A stretch of 63,272 nucleotides of DNA, filler included, from Octopus bimaculoides (taxonomy: Eukaryota), in NCBI RefSeq assembly GCF_001194135.2. It is 9 parts of 7 records of this genome, joined end to end, with 100 filler letters (N's around TTAATTAATTAA, not from the genome) between each part and the next. Parts side by side here need not be neighbours in the genome. Positions count along the whole stretch, not along the records: positions 7,654 to 20,828 come from NC_068986.1; positions 20,929 to 28,590 come from NC_069004.1; 7 more parts are not named here. The stretch is one strand, 5' to 3'. Under the pieces are notes generated by a model. The model was not told the origin of the DNA and did no database searches. It was given only the letters and a program-made list of their open reading frames with translations. The first letter of the stretch is position 1; the number at the start of each line of letters is the position of its first letter. Shown in pieces: positions 11,391 to 24,208 of the stretch. The translations under genes and the position numbers were made by a program.

Positions 11391-11711
11391 GGCAAAGTCG
11401 ACCTCGCCGGAATTTTAACTCAGAACGTAGCGGTAGGCGAAATACCGCTAAGCATTTCGCCCGGCCTGCTAACGTTTCTTATTTCTTTATTGCCCTCAAG
11501 AGGCTAAACATAGAGGGGACAAACAAGGACAGATAAAGGGACTAAGTCGATTACATCGACCCCAGTGCGTAACTGGTACTTAATTTATCGACTCCGAAAG
11601 GATGAAAGGCAAAGTCGACCTCGCCGGAATTTTAACTCAGAACGTAGCGGTAGGCGAAATACCGCTAAGCATTTCGCCCGGCGTGCTAACGATTCTGCCA
11701 GCTCGCCGCCT
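11391..11711 (-). mobile_element. head-to-tail dimer of family A SINE
   Basis: Full copy 11476-11711 joined to a second copy lacking its first ~20 nt (junction CTAACGTT|TCTTATTTC). Both units share private variants (CCTCGCCGGAATTTTAACTC, GCGGTAGGCG). Confidence 0.85.
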
Positions 11712-13162
11712 GATACGGATCAAGTATTGATGTACTGATGATAGGCCTACCACTGCCAATGGAAATAAACGAGAGTTTTGGCCGAAAGATTGCGAATGAG
11801 TTAACTCTACTAAATGGCTCTATGGATGAAGAGCTAAACATGGTGATGTGACCGGCCTATCACTCAAGAGAGTGTTTTAAAAGTTACACAGGACAGGAAT
11901 GAAGATGTACGAATCCTTTCCTCTCTTTTGCGGTAACCAGTCAACACAAACCTTATTGATTCGTATCGATCGTTTATTCATAGAAATGAATATGCATTCC
12001 GGATATAAACATAAATATTAATCTAATCCTGCTTCTGGCGGTTTTATTAATGTTTTGAAGACTTTCTTTCTTTTCTTTTCTTCCTTTATTTTTTGTTTTG
12101 TTTTTTTTTATCGTCATCGATGTCGTTATATATATATATATATTTTCATCGTCTTTATCAATGTATTTCATTATCGTATTTATTATTGTCCTGTTTATCT
12201 TTATTGCCTCATCGCCATCATCTTCAACAAAGCTGACGGATATTTTGCATGACAAGAATCCCAGCATCAAATTGGGTAAGCGCGTGGTTAGCAGAGTAAT
12301 TAAGACAAAGACAACAGACAAAAAGACAACAACAAAAAAACAGAAATGAAACCCCACCACTGGTACATATATATGTTGCGATATTCATATGTATCTCACT
12401 AATATATCTTCATGCATGGATAAGCATGTATGTATATAAATGCGGCGTTATTTCCTCTATCGCTAAATCTCTTCTCATTCGGTGCTATAGACACCTTTAT
12501 CAATCATATCTGCGATCTAGACATATGTAAAATTCCTGTCTGGCTGAATATAAATACAAATTTATATGTAAACAGATCTCTTTCTTTACATTGTAGTTTT
12601 GTGTTCTTTTATATATAATCCATTCCGTTATATTTTTATTTTATTTTGTTTATTTTATTTTATTCTTTATTACATATATATATATATATATATATATATA
12701 AATTTGTTTTGTTTTTGCGTTCGCTGTTCATGTTTTCTTTTCTTATAGAATCAGCTGCAGATCAACTCATTTTACATATGTAGTTTGAAATCAACAATGG
12801 TATGTGGTGTATCTTACAAAGATTCTTTCTTCGAGTTCTCTGGTGATAACAGGGGTTTACACGCTCTCACACATACGCGCGCATTCACACATACACACAT
12901 TCGCAATATACACAAACAACTGTGCACACACACACATACACACATATATATATGTGTATGCGTGTGTGTATGTATATATATATATGTATGTATACACACA
13001 CACACACATATATATATATATTGTACATATTCGAAAGATGTATAATATTTTAGAGTCTGTACTATTTATGTTTAACAGAATCATCAATAATTGGGTCAAG
13101 TCAGAAAGTTCCCTTTTTGTTCACTTTACATTCTCTTCTGATATTTACATAGGAAAAAACAC

Positions 13163-13278
13163 AGGTTCCGGGTTCAGTCCCACTGCGTGGCACCTTGGGC
13201 AAGTGTCTTCTACTATAGCCTCGGGCCGATCAAAGCCTTGTGAGTGGATTTAGTAGACGGAAACTGAAAAAGCCCGTC

Positions 13279-13285
<7 letters not shown>
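13163..13285 (+). mobile_element. SINE family B, 5' half
   Basis: GGTTCCGGGTTCAGTCCCACTGCGTGGCACCTTGGGCAAGTGTC...GCCCGTCG. Confidence 0.8.
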
Positions 13286-13319
<34 letters not shown>

Positions 13320-13490
13320 NNNNNNNNNNNNNNNNNNNNNNNNNNNNNNNNNNNNNNNNNNNNNNNNNNNNNNNNNNNNNNNNNNNNNNNNNNNNNNNNN
13401 NNNNNNNNNNNNNNNNNNNNNNNNNNNNNNNNNNNNNNNNNNNNNNNNNNNNNNNNNNNNNNNNNAAATAAAAAATATATATATATTTAC

Positions 13491-13700
13491 CCTTTTACTT
13501 GTTTCAGTCATTTGACTGCGGCCATGCTGGAGCACCGCCTCTATAGTCGAGCAAATCGAACCCAGAGCTTATTCTTTGTAAGCCTAGTACTTATTCTATC
13601 GGCCGTCTTTTGCCGAACCGCTAAGTTACGGGGACGCAAACACACCAGCATCGGTTGTCAAGCGATGCTGGGGGGACCAAACAAACACACGAACATATAC
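13491..13700 (-). mobile_element. SINE family B, 3' half
   Basis: Reverse complement of the family B 3' body and end. Confidence 0.8.
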
Positions 13701-13705
13701 ACACT

Positions 13706-13813
13706 GATATACCCTCCAGCCTGATGGAGGCTGGAGGGTATATCTGCAGAAACGTTGTGTTAACAACAAACAAGATGACGACAAATATCCGTCGAATGTA
13801 AATAATGTAAATA
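13706..13813 (+). mobile_element. PLE-type 3' tail with degenerate hammerhead and 5' fold-back inversion
   Basis: Perfect 17-bp inverted repeat (13706-13722 / 13728-13744) overlapping CTGATGG-A-GGCTG..GAAACGTTGTGTT. Tail CCGTCGAATGTAAATAATGTAA is also found, inverted, at 63126-63147. Confidence 0.6.
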
Positions 13814-14107
13814 ACGAATTGTCTTAGCTTTGCAAATATACCGAACTAACAAGTTAGTGTGACGGTTTAGTACTTTGTCATATAGGCGAGTGGCCGTTTT
13901 CGTTAGATAGTCGATGCGGTTGATAATTGACGTCATTTCTACTTTTTGGTAGTGTAACATTTTGGTTTAAAGAAATATAGAAAGAGTTCATTGGTTTACA
14001 CACAGGGAATGATTATTTGAAAGTGTTTCACTCAAAATTTGGGGTAAATAACTCCCCCAAATTAAGTACGTATATCATTTATTGTTTTTCACAATATTAT
14101 TATTATT

Positions 14108-14658
14108 GAGTGAGAGAGCAGTGCATGCCATCAAAGTGACACTGGTGTAAAATATACGAAGGCCATTATACCCATCTTGACTACCCATCTGATAAGGGTA
14201 CACCAAACACACGTATCACAACCATATGTACGCAACATGGTGATCTCATATCAAGATAAACAGCACATGACCTTGCAGTTGGGGCCCAGTTAGAATTTTC
14301 TTCAGGCCGAGTAGCCCATCCCGCTCAAAAGGTCCCTGAATAAGGTTTGCTTAAGGATGTTGAGCAAAACACCTGTTTCCAAAGGTGAATTATTCAAACC
14401 CCAAAGAATTCCTCTCAACACATGGCTATGATGCTCCCCCACTACTTCTGCTCATGATCAGAGATGCACATATCATCAGCCACCAAGGGACATGCTCAAA
14501 TGGTTAAGGTCAAACAACTGACAAGCAAATCTGTGGTATTGAGTAGAATATTTGCTGTAGCCCATCTTTTATACCAAGACAAAACAATGTACATGATAAC
14601 ACTTCCAATCAATTAAGATCAGAAACCACGAGAGCCACTGACTGGTACTGCATCCGGG

Positions 14659-14743
<85 letters not shown>
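14108..14743 (+). mobile_element. non-autonomous interspersed repeat (about 550 bp) bounded by (ATT)n
   Basis: Homologous copies at 34361-34818 (minus) and 35286-35461. No TIRs or ORF seen. Long (TTA)n at 14661-14743. Confidence 0.75.
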
Positions 14744-14745
<2 letters not shown>

Positions 14746-14935
14746 GGCGATGAACTGGCAGAATCGTTACCGTGCCGGACGAAATGCCGCTCTACGTTCA
14801 AAATCCGTTGAGGTCGACTTTGTCCTTCATTCTTTCGGGGTCAGTAAAATAACTTCAAGTTGAGCACTGAGATCGATGTAATCGAATTACGCCCTCACCC
14901 AAAATTGCTGGTCTTATGCCAGAATTTGAAAGCCA
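14744..14935 (+). mobile_element. tRNA-derived SINE, family A variant with alternative 3' end
   Basis: AAGGCGATGAACTGGCAGAATCGTTA...GAGGTCGACTTTG...GATGTAATCG...AAATTGCTGG. Confidence 0.75.
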
Positions 14936-16656
14936 CATTTTTATTATTATTATTATTATTATTCCTAATCGTCTCCCTTAAAGTAGCTATTGTTGCTGTT
15001 GTTAGTTCTCCTTTATATTTTTTTCTTTAGATCATAGGCGTTTCATCTATGATTATTCCGTCTCTATGTCTAAGATGCGATTTGAAGAACTTTGGCTGCA
15101 CGTTTTAGCTTAATTCAGAGCTACTGCACCGAAGTTTCTTGGTTTACACGGAATTTGGCGGCGCGTCGAGACGATAGCTGCAAGTAAGCCGAAAGATGAT
15201 CGACTCTCAAGATGATCGACTCTCAAGCCGATTTATCGATCTATCATTGCATGATAAACTCTTCGTAACCAGGTTCCTGATAAGTAAACTGTGGCAAAAT
15301 ACCTAAGTGTGCTTCCTTCAAATCGGCAATCGAACAGTTATGATTGCACACCAATCTGAAAGCTAGATGCCAATTAATTGAAAGTTGAACCAGAAATCTA
15401 GTTATTTAAATGCTTATTTTTCTATATTTCATCGATGTTGAGGGGAGCACAGGAAAAATCTAGAGAAGCTATTAGAATATAGATAATGCTAAAATATTCT
15501 GCTACCAGCAACATACACGCAACTATTGTCATATGACAATTATATATTATGAGAAAAACCACGTTTATGATAAGGAAAATTGGTTTTTGAGATATGTTTT
15601 TAAGCTGCCCACAGTTGCATTCTTCATGCAATTGCTATCATTCACATGAAAATCGTGGTGCATAAAGACATTTTCTGAATCTTAAAAATCGAGTTAGGAT
15701 TTTGTTTCATGTTTACAATGTGTTATTAGGAGACGTCAATTGGATGTTTGATTATGTGCCCTGTAGCTAGAAGATAAATCTTTGATCATAGACCCTAGGA
15801 GAATGTTTTACTAAAGAAGTCAATATATGCTCCACTGTCATGGAAACAGATGATTGGTTCAAAAGGTTGACTCATCTCACTCACACTGTCTTCGTAAAAT
15901 TCCAGAGAAATAAAATAGAAGAAAGTGAATTAACTGTTCGCTATTGGGAATTTGGTACGAGTGGCTCCTAAAACCCAGTTTTCGACATTTTGACAATGCT
16001 TACAAAGCAACGAAGGTATATTGTTCCCTACTTATAAGTTAGAAAATTAAGATGATATTAATAGAAACCTAACACATGATAATCCATTGTTAATCTAAGG
16101 TCTCCAAAAACATAACAATGCTAGCGGTACACATTCTCTACGACATCATAACAGAGTGATACTGCAAAATGAGAAAAAAATTTCTCCCACTTAACATATT
16201 CTGAGCTATGTTCACGGTAACCATTTTATTTGACTGACGTCAGATCTTCCAGCTTCGACTTTTTAAAAATATACGGTTTAGGACACAATGGAAGTAAATA
16301 AAATATATTGTACGGTATAAAAGTTCACTGCTTTGGATAATGATGTTCAAAATATGGTGAACGCTGGCTAAGAATATTCACCATATTCAGGTCTTTGATA
16401 TTCATACCAATAATATATCAATCAACATAATTGAATATAGGTATATATTCACTGTGGAAATAGTTTTGTAATCAAAGAAGATTCTAGTACTGGATGTAGA
16501 AGAATATCAAACCTTATAAAAACAAAAATTTGTTGGAGATCATTTGAAGAAATGCATATTTGCAAACATATTCAAATGCATAACTCAGCTATATTGAAGC
16601 AATAATGTTACGGCAAATAAGAGCTGAATCTATAGCTTCGGGCCGTACCATCCACT

Positions 16657-16753
<97 letters not shown>

Positions 16754-16949
16754 AAAGAGAACGCGAGAGAGGGGAAGAGAAAGTGTGTGTGTGTGTGTAT
16801 AGTACATACTAGTGTATATGTATATGAAAATGTATGTGGGTGGTGTCAACGAATACTATGCCAATATAACGACTAAGTTGCTTCAGGACTGTTTTGTAAT
16901 TCACAATGAAACTTGGTTCTCTATTTTTTGACGCGTACAGTAACTATAT

Positions 16950-16991
<42 letters not shown>

Positions 16992-17239
16992 GTGTGTGTG
17001 TTTGTGTGTTCGTGTGTGCGTGTGTGTATATATGTATGTATCTATCTATCTATATGGTTCGACTACCATCCGTACAACATCTATATTCCTTCCCATGCCT
17101 GTCACCGTCTATGTCTCTGCCGTAAGGCTTCACTTCCACACATGCCAGCTTAATTTATTTCGTCCTTAGTCAAAAAACACATGTTGCTAATGTCCAGTTG
17201 TTTACATTTGTATTTGTGTACCATTTCTCCGGGTTTTTT

Positions 17240-17419
17240 CCGTCCTTGTTTTCGTATACATTCGCTGCTTTTTTCCAAGGAATCTCGTGCTCTTAGCTCA
17301 GATTTTCCTTGGGGCTGGCCAGATTGGAGCAGTCTCAAGTATAACCAGCCGAAACTGCAAAGATAATCTGAAACTCGACTGACGAAAGAAAACTCCGATT
17401 GTCCCGTCCTTGTTTTCGT
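17240..17419 (+). repeat. repeat fragment with 16-bp direct repeats and a branched hairpin
   Basis: CCGTCCTTGTTTTCGT at 17240 and 17404. Pairings CAGATTTTCCTTG/CAAAGATAATCTG, GGCTGG/CCAGCC and AGATTG/CAGTCT. Confidence 0.5.
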
Positions 17420-17450
17420 GTTCCTTTTCGTATCATCCAACTGTCTGGAA

Positions 17451-17544
17451 TTTAAAATACACTACAGTTGTTTCGATAGCATTTATTCATGGATTGTTAG
17501 ATAACATCATGACAAAACTCCGCCATCATCAGGTAGATTTTAAA
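17451..17544 (-). ncRNA. type I hammerhead ribozyme candidate with intact core
   Basis: Stem I TTTAAAATCTAC/GTGTATTTTAAA (11 of 12 pair), CTGATGA, extra T, G:C-closed long imperfect stem II, GAAA, near-palindromic stem III ACAACTGT, GUA cleavage triplet. Confidence 0.7.
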
Positions 17545-17879
17545 CATATAAACAAGTAAAGCAAAAATAGAAACAAATGAAGTAGGAGTACAAGTTGAGT
17601 AAATTCCCCAACAACCTTGTTGGAGCAAGAATATATATGTGTGTATATATGTGTGTGTGCATGTGTGCGTCTATGTGTGTGGGTTCGTGTGTGTGTGTGT
17701 GCACGCGTGTGTGAGTTTGTGTGTGTGTCTGTGGTGTATGTCTGTGTACGTGTGTGAGTGTGTGCGTGTGTGCGTGCGTGTGTGTGTATCTACATATGCT
17801 TGTATATTAATTCGCCTGAATATCGCAATGACATGAAGCTCGTCGCGAGACAGATATTCAGCATAAATACAAACCCATA

Positions 17880-18008
17880 ATTATACACGTTTGGCCTGGC
17901 AAGCTTTTGCTCTATGTTCTGTCTTCATTACAGTATTACCTATACTCATATGCAAACAGACATACATACACGCGTGTGCACATATAAATATATATATTTG
18001 TATGTGTG

Positions 18009-18056
<48 letters not shown>

Positions 18057-18371
18057 NNNNNNNNNNNNNNNNNNNNNNNNNNNNNNNNNNNNNNNNNNNN
18101 NNNNNNNNNNNNNNNNNNNNNNNNNNNNNNNNNNNNNNNNNNNNNNNNNNNNNNNNNNNNNNNNNNNNNNNNNNNNNNNNNNNNNNNNNNNNNNNNNNNN
18201 NNNNNNNNNNNNNNNNNNNNNNNNNNNNNNNNNNNNNNNNNNNNNNNNNNNNNNNNNNNNNNNNNNNNNNNNNNNNNNNNNNNNNNNNNNNNNNNNNNNN
18301 NNNNNNNNNNNNNNNNNNNNNNNNNNNNNNNNNNNNNNNNNNNNNNNNNNNNNNNNNNNNNNNNNNNNNNN

Positions 18372-18456
<85 letters not shown>

Positions 18457-18793
18457 ATGTATGTATATATATCTATATGCATTTACTAATCTATAACTAT
18501 ATAGATTTGTATACATATATGTATGTACGTACATACATACCTACGTACATGCGTAGACGCCACACACGTAATATATCGTGTGTTAGGGTATGTGATGTGT
18601 TTGATATAAGTAAACACACATAAAACGTTACGTACCGAACATCACTTGTGTAATATAAAACATGTTTAAATGTTGCTTTAAGAATGGAACAACTTATGAC
18701 TTTACGAATGTATGTGTCAATGTGTCTTTATGTTTGAGTGTGTTGCTTGTACACATATAATATACATACATACACACACATACACACACACAT

Positions 18794-18835
<42 letters not shown>

Positions 18836-18967
18836 CATATACATGCATACATTTTCATACACACATACATATATACACAGATATATGTATATATATTACA
18901 TGTATGAATGTATACACACGTATGCATATGTTGAAAATTTCTTATATATGTGTGCATGTGTGTGTGT

Positions 18968-19018
<51 letters not shown>

Positions 19019-19444
19019 TACATACATATATACATACATACATACACATACTTACATACATAACGGACATATACAAATATGTGTTTATAAGTGAATGACA
19101 GGTGTCTGCTGTTTAATGTGTATCGTTGTATGTGTATATGCATATATATATATATANNNNNNNNNNNNNNNNNNNNNNNNNNNNNNNNNNNNNNNNNNNN
19201 NNNNNNNNNNNNNNNNNNNNNNNNNNNNNNNNNNNNNNNNNNNNNNNNNNNNNNNNNNNNNNNNNNNNNNNNNNNNNNNNNNNNNNNNNNNNNNNNNNNN
19301 NNNNNNNNNNNNNNNNNNNNNNNNNNNNNNNNNNNNNNNNNNNNNNNNNNNNNNNNNNNNNNNNNNNNNNNNNNNNNNNNNNNNNNNNNNNNNNNNNNNN
19401 NNNNNNNNNNNNNNNNNNNNNNNNNNNNNNNNNNNNNNNNNNNN

Positions 19445-19501
<57 letters not shown>

Positions 19502-20072
19502 ATTATATGATATCACCCTCATATACAATAGATCGTTAAATTCAAAACTGTACGTTCGTACATAAATGTGTTATTGTGATTTGTGTATGGATGTGTAAAA
19601 TAATATAGGCACAAATTCAGACACGCTCAGCCACACACTCACACACAGATTGCACCAATTTATGCCTGAATAAATTTATAGCTTCGTTTCTATGTTGAAC
19701 ATTTCCAATTTCTATATATATTAATATGAATATGTGTGTGTATATGTGTGCATATATCTATCTGTCTGTAAACACAAGCGAGTGTATCACACACTTGGAC
19801 GTATATTCGTAAATATTTTTGTGTATGAGTATTATGGGTATGTGTGATATGCATGCAAGCGAGTGTGTGTATGTGTGTTGAATACATGTGTGGATATGCT
19901 TGTATGGTATACATACAAACACTCACAAGCATATATACACACACGTACATACACGCGTGCAACTGCATGATCGAATATCTACGTATATACACAAGTCAAC
20001 AATTATATGTATATTTTACATGTATGTGCATGCATGTATATATACATGTGTGTGTATTTGCGTATGAGTGCG

Positions 20073-20132
<60 letters not shown>

Positions 20133-20309
20133 TGTGTGTGTAGATAGACACACTAATAGAAACAGATACACAGAAACTCCTACACACACATATATGTGTT
20201 AGTGTAATATTTGCATATATATTATATATACAAATAGTATGTGTGTATGTGTGTGTGTGTATGTCTGCGTGTGCGTGTGTGTTCGTGCGTGCATGTGTGT
20301 GTCAATGCT

Positions 20310-20350
<41 letters not shown>

Positions 20351-20412
20351 TTATCTATCTATATATACACTCACACCCGCACATATGTGTAGATACACAA
20401 ATGTGTATACAT

Positions 20413-20452
<40 letters not shown>

Positions 20453-20743
20453 CATATATGTTATACATACGGTTTACGTATACGTATATATGATGTTAGC
20501 GTTTACATGTGTACACAAATGTCTCTGTAAGTATTGCAAACATTTGCCAATGGTGTTTCGGCTTTTGATGTATGTATATGTGTGTGGGTTGTGTATATAT
20601 ATGTGTCTTTGTGTGTGAATGTGCCAGCATGTATGTGATTATCTGAGTCATATGACAGAATTTCAACAGTGTTTGATTACCTATGTGCTTACGTTTGTAA
20701 ATATGCATAGATGTATGTGTGTTTGTGTGTGTATGTGTGCATG

Positions 20744-20786
<43 letters not shown>

Positions 20787-20828
20787 ACATATACACATAT
20801 AAATATGAACGTATGTGTATGTATATAT
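17880..20828. repeat. microsatellite-dense tract: (TA)n, (CA)n, (TACA)n, (GA)n, (TATC)n
   Basis: Direct inspection. ORFs here are low-complexity artefacts. Similar density continues through 20929-26600. Confidence 0.9.
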
Positions 20829-20928
20829 NNNNNNNNNNNNNNNNNNNNNNNNNNNNNNNNNNNNNNNNNNNNTTAATTAATTAANNNNNNNNNNNNNNNN
20901 NNNNNNNNNNNNNNNNNNNNNNNNNNNN
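20829..20928. other. artificial scaffold-joining spacer
   Basis: 44 N + TTAATTAATTAA + 44 N. Confidence 0.95.
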
Positions 20929-20977
<49 letters not shown>

Positions 20978-21514
20978 CATAAATGCATATATAGATATAT
21001 ACACATACACACACATATATACATATATTTATTTATATACATACAAATTGATGCGTGTATGCATTTATATATACATGCACATACACATCTGCATACATAC
21101 ATGTGTGTATGTGTAAGTGCATATATCTATATATGTATTTATGTATGTATATANNNNNNNNNNTACATATATACACATGCATATAGACATATTTATGTGT
21201 ACACATACGAACGCACACACACACACACACACATATGTACACACCTATATATGTCTGTGTTTAGCAACCGTGTACAGATGTCTGCATGCTATGCTAGGTG
21301 CGTTTGTTGTTATGCAGTTTGTGCAATGTATACTGCAACAGCTTGCACACAGCAATGGCAGAACATTATATTTTCAGCAGCGACATCCATGAATGTCAGC
21401 CGAGAAAACACCATAGTTACACAGCGCTTGTCGACGAGATTTCCTCACAATACTCAATAATATACACTCGTTGCATGGCTCGCCTACATTCATACGCACC
21501 GCATATTACTGAAT

Positions 21515-21565
<51 letters not shown>

Positions 21566-21596
21566 GTCTGTCTGTCTGTCTCTTTCTCTCTCTCTT

Positions 21597-21651
<55 letters not shown>

Positions 21652-22506
21652 GCACACACATATTTATATATACAAGGTCGTGTACGCATTCATAGTGTGT
21701 TTTCTGGTTTCTCTCTCTCGTACACACACAGACACACACACACTTATCGTTGGCAAGTGTCAATGCACGAAATTCTCGGCCTTTGAATCGCTCTATAACT
21801 TCAGCCGATTATCAATAATAAAGGACACGCACACACACATATATATATACATATATATATGCATATTTATACATATATATGTGTATATATATGTATATAT
21901 GTGTATATATATACATATATATATGCATATTTATACATATATATGTGTATAGATGTATATGTATCTCTCTCTCTATATATATGTATGCATATATATTTAT
22001 CTATATATATATGTAACACATAAGTGTTACCCGAAATATATTCAGGTGGGCCATGCGATAGACAATAAGGAAAGTGAAGAAGGAAACTGTCGGTAGCTTC
22101 CGTAATGTTTGCCAAGGACGTGAGCGCCATGTCCTCAATGAGCAAAATGTAACTTGGCCGTAGCCTCAGCTAAGCAGGAGAATGTCGTTTACGTTAGGGT
22201 GGACGCTTATGCAAAAATGAGGCATTGGTTTCGTTTTTCGTCTCCATAAGGCAAAGCGACTTTATATTATAATGTAATGGGACAAGGAGGGGCGCCTTGG
22301 TGAGGCATTTGACAGTGCCCTCTGGTGCTTGAAACAAAAATGGTGTGGACTTCAAACAGGATTCGAAACTGGATCGCTGAGCGGGACACTATCTCTTGAC
22401 TGCGATACTTAGTATGGTTTGTATGCATTGGGAAATAAAAACTGTTCCTGGCAAGACTTATTGAGGCATATACATTTGTATGTATGTATGTATGTTTGTA
22501 AGTATG

Positions 22507-22537
<31 letters not shown>

Positions 22538-23212
22538 TGTGATATGCATAAGCATATAAAGATTCTGTTATACACACTGTTAAAATATTGTACAAGATGC
22601 AGTGTTCATCTACACGCGCGCGCGCGCGTCTGCATTATTGTTATCTTGTGGTCAGAGCGGAAGGCCAGGGATGATGACCCCTTACAGGACACCCGAGACT
22701 GGTCAGATAGAAGGTGGTGAGTACTGAGCCTTCAAACTACAGGTCTGACCCGAATGCTTACAACATAGTGGTTTCCCCCCTGTGAAAAGTCTCTAAGATA
22801 ACTGGCGATGGTGCTTTACCAGGTGACCAAATGTAGCCCCCCCCACCACACAAATACACAAGCATACACAGAATCAGAGAGACACACATTTATATAGAAA
22901 TATATATTCTCCACTACACATACACGCACATGCAGGTATGTGTATATATGTGTATATACGTATTTAGGTAACTGTGTATATATATACATACATAGATATC
23001 CACATATCTATCCATCCATGCACATAGACACAAGCACAGGCAGACACACGTACATCTACGGTGAAGGACATGGGCAGGGTACGCAAGAGAATGGCGGAGC
23101 CTTACTCACGAAGAGGGGCTGGATTACAGTGCCTCGTCGCATCTTCATAAAACCCTGCATTTTGGAGCATGGGTATTCCTAGCCCCTAATACCGATTTCT
23201 AGTACAACCCCG

Positions 23213-23261
<49 letters not shown>

Positions 23262-23269
23262 GAGAATAT

Positions 23270-23397
23270 ACAAATAATAACAACAGACGAGGACAGGTGG
23301 TGTAAATAACAAAAGTATATATTAGTATGACGCTCGGGAATACGGAAAGTCTTTGACGTTTCGAGCTACGCTCTTCAACAGAAAGAATACGGAGACA

Positions 23398-23400
<3 letters not shown>
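23270..23400 (-). mobile_element. PLE terminal-repeat fragment with hammerhead-like motif at 23350-23386
   Basis: Homologous to 29260-29400. Minus strand reads TCTTT-CTGTTGA-A-GAGC-GTA-GCTC-GAAA-CG-TC-AAAGA. Confidence 0.65.
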
Positions 23401-23460
<60 letters not shown>

Positions 23461-23801
23461 CATAGATATACATGCATACGTACATATCTATACTTATGTG
23501 GTATGTGCGTGTGTATTTATGGTGACTTTTGCATTTACAACTCAAAAACGAAGTACTCAATACATAAACATAGGTGCGTTTATTTTACTAGAAGATAACG
23601 TTTGTCGGACCTTCAAAGAGTTTCGTATCATTCCAACAAATTATCTACACGCATACACACACATACATATACACTCGCACACACACTCGCACACAGATAC
23701 ACACACACACATATACTTATGTATTAGTTCATATATAGCTATGCATGTGAATATATATATATATGGATATATGTATAAACATGTATATGGATATATATTT
23801 A

Positions 23802-23840
<39 letters not shown>

Positions 23841-23850
23841 NNNNNNNNNN

Positions 23851-23889
<39 letters not shown>

Positions 23890-24153
23890 CATATACACGC
23901 ATTTACGAATATATACATATACGTATTATATTTACGTATATCTAAATACAAAATTGTGTTTATATGTATACATTTATACGCATATACCCACATACATGAA
24001 CACATATATACACACATATGTATACACATGTACGTATAATTCGAGACATATCTATCTATATATATATACATATGTACATAATCTATTTTCATTCATAGAA
24101 ACATCCCCCCACCCACGCCCCCACACCTCCGTCATCTCCTCTGACACACTATA

Positions 24154-24208
<55 letters not shown>

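Noticed and set aside
16235-16242. Perfect CRE site TGACGTCA
   Set aside because: About one 8-mer match is expected by chance in 63 kb, and there is no promoter context.
16351-16387. 11-bp inverted repeat AATATGGTGAA/TTCACCATATT as a pre-miRNA
   Set aside because: Stem too short and pairing does not extend.
22640-23160. Possible exons ending at GGTG|GTGAGT (plus) and TTC|GTGAGT (minus)
   Set aside because: Weak acceptors and no recognisable protein.
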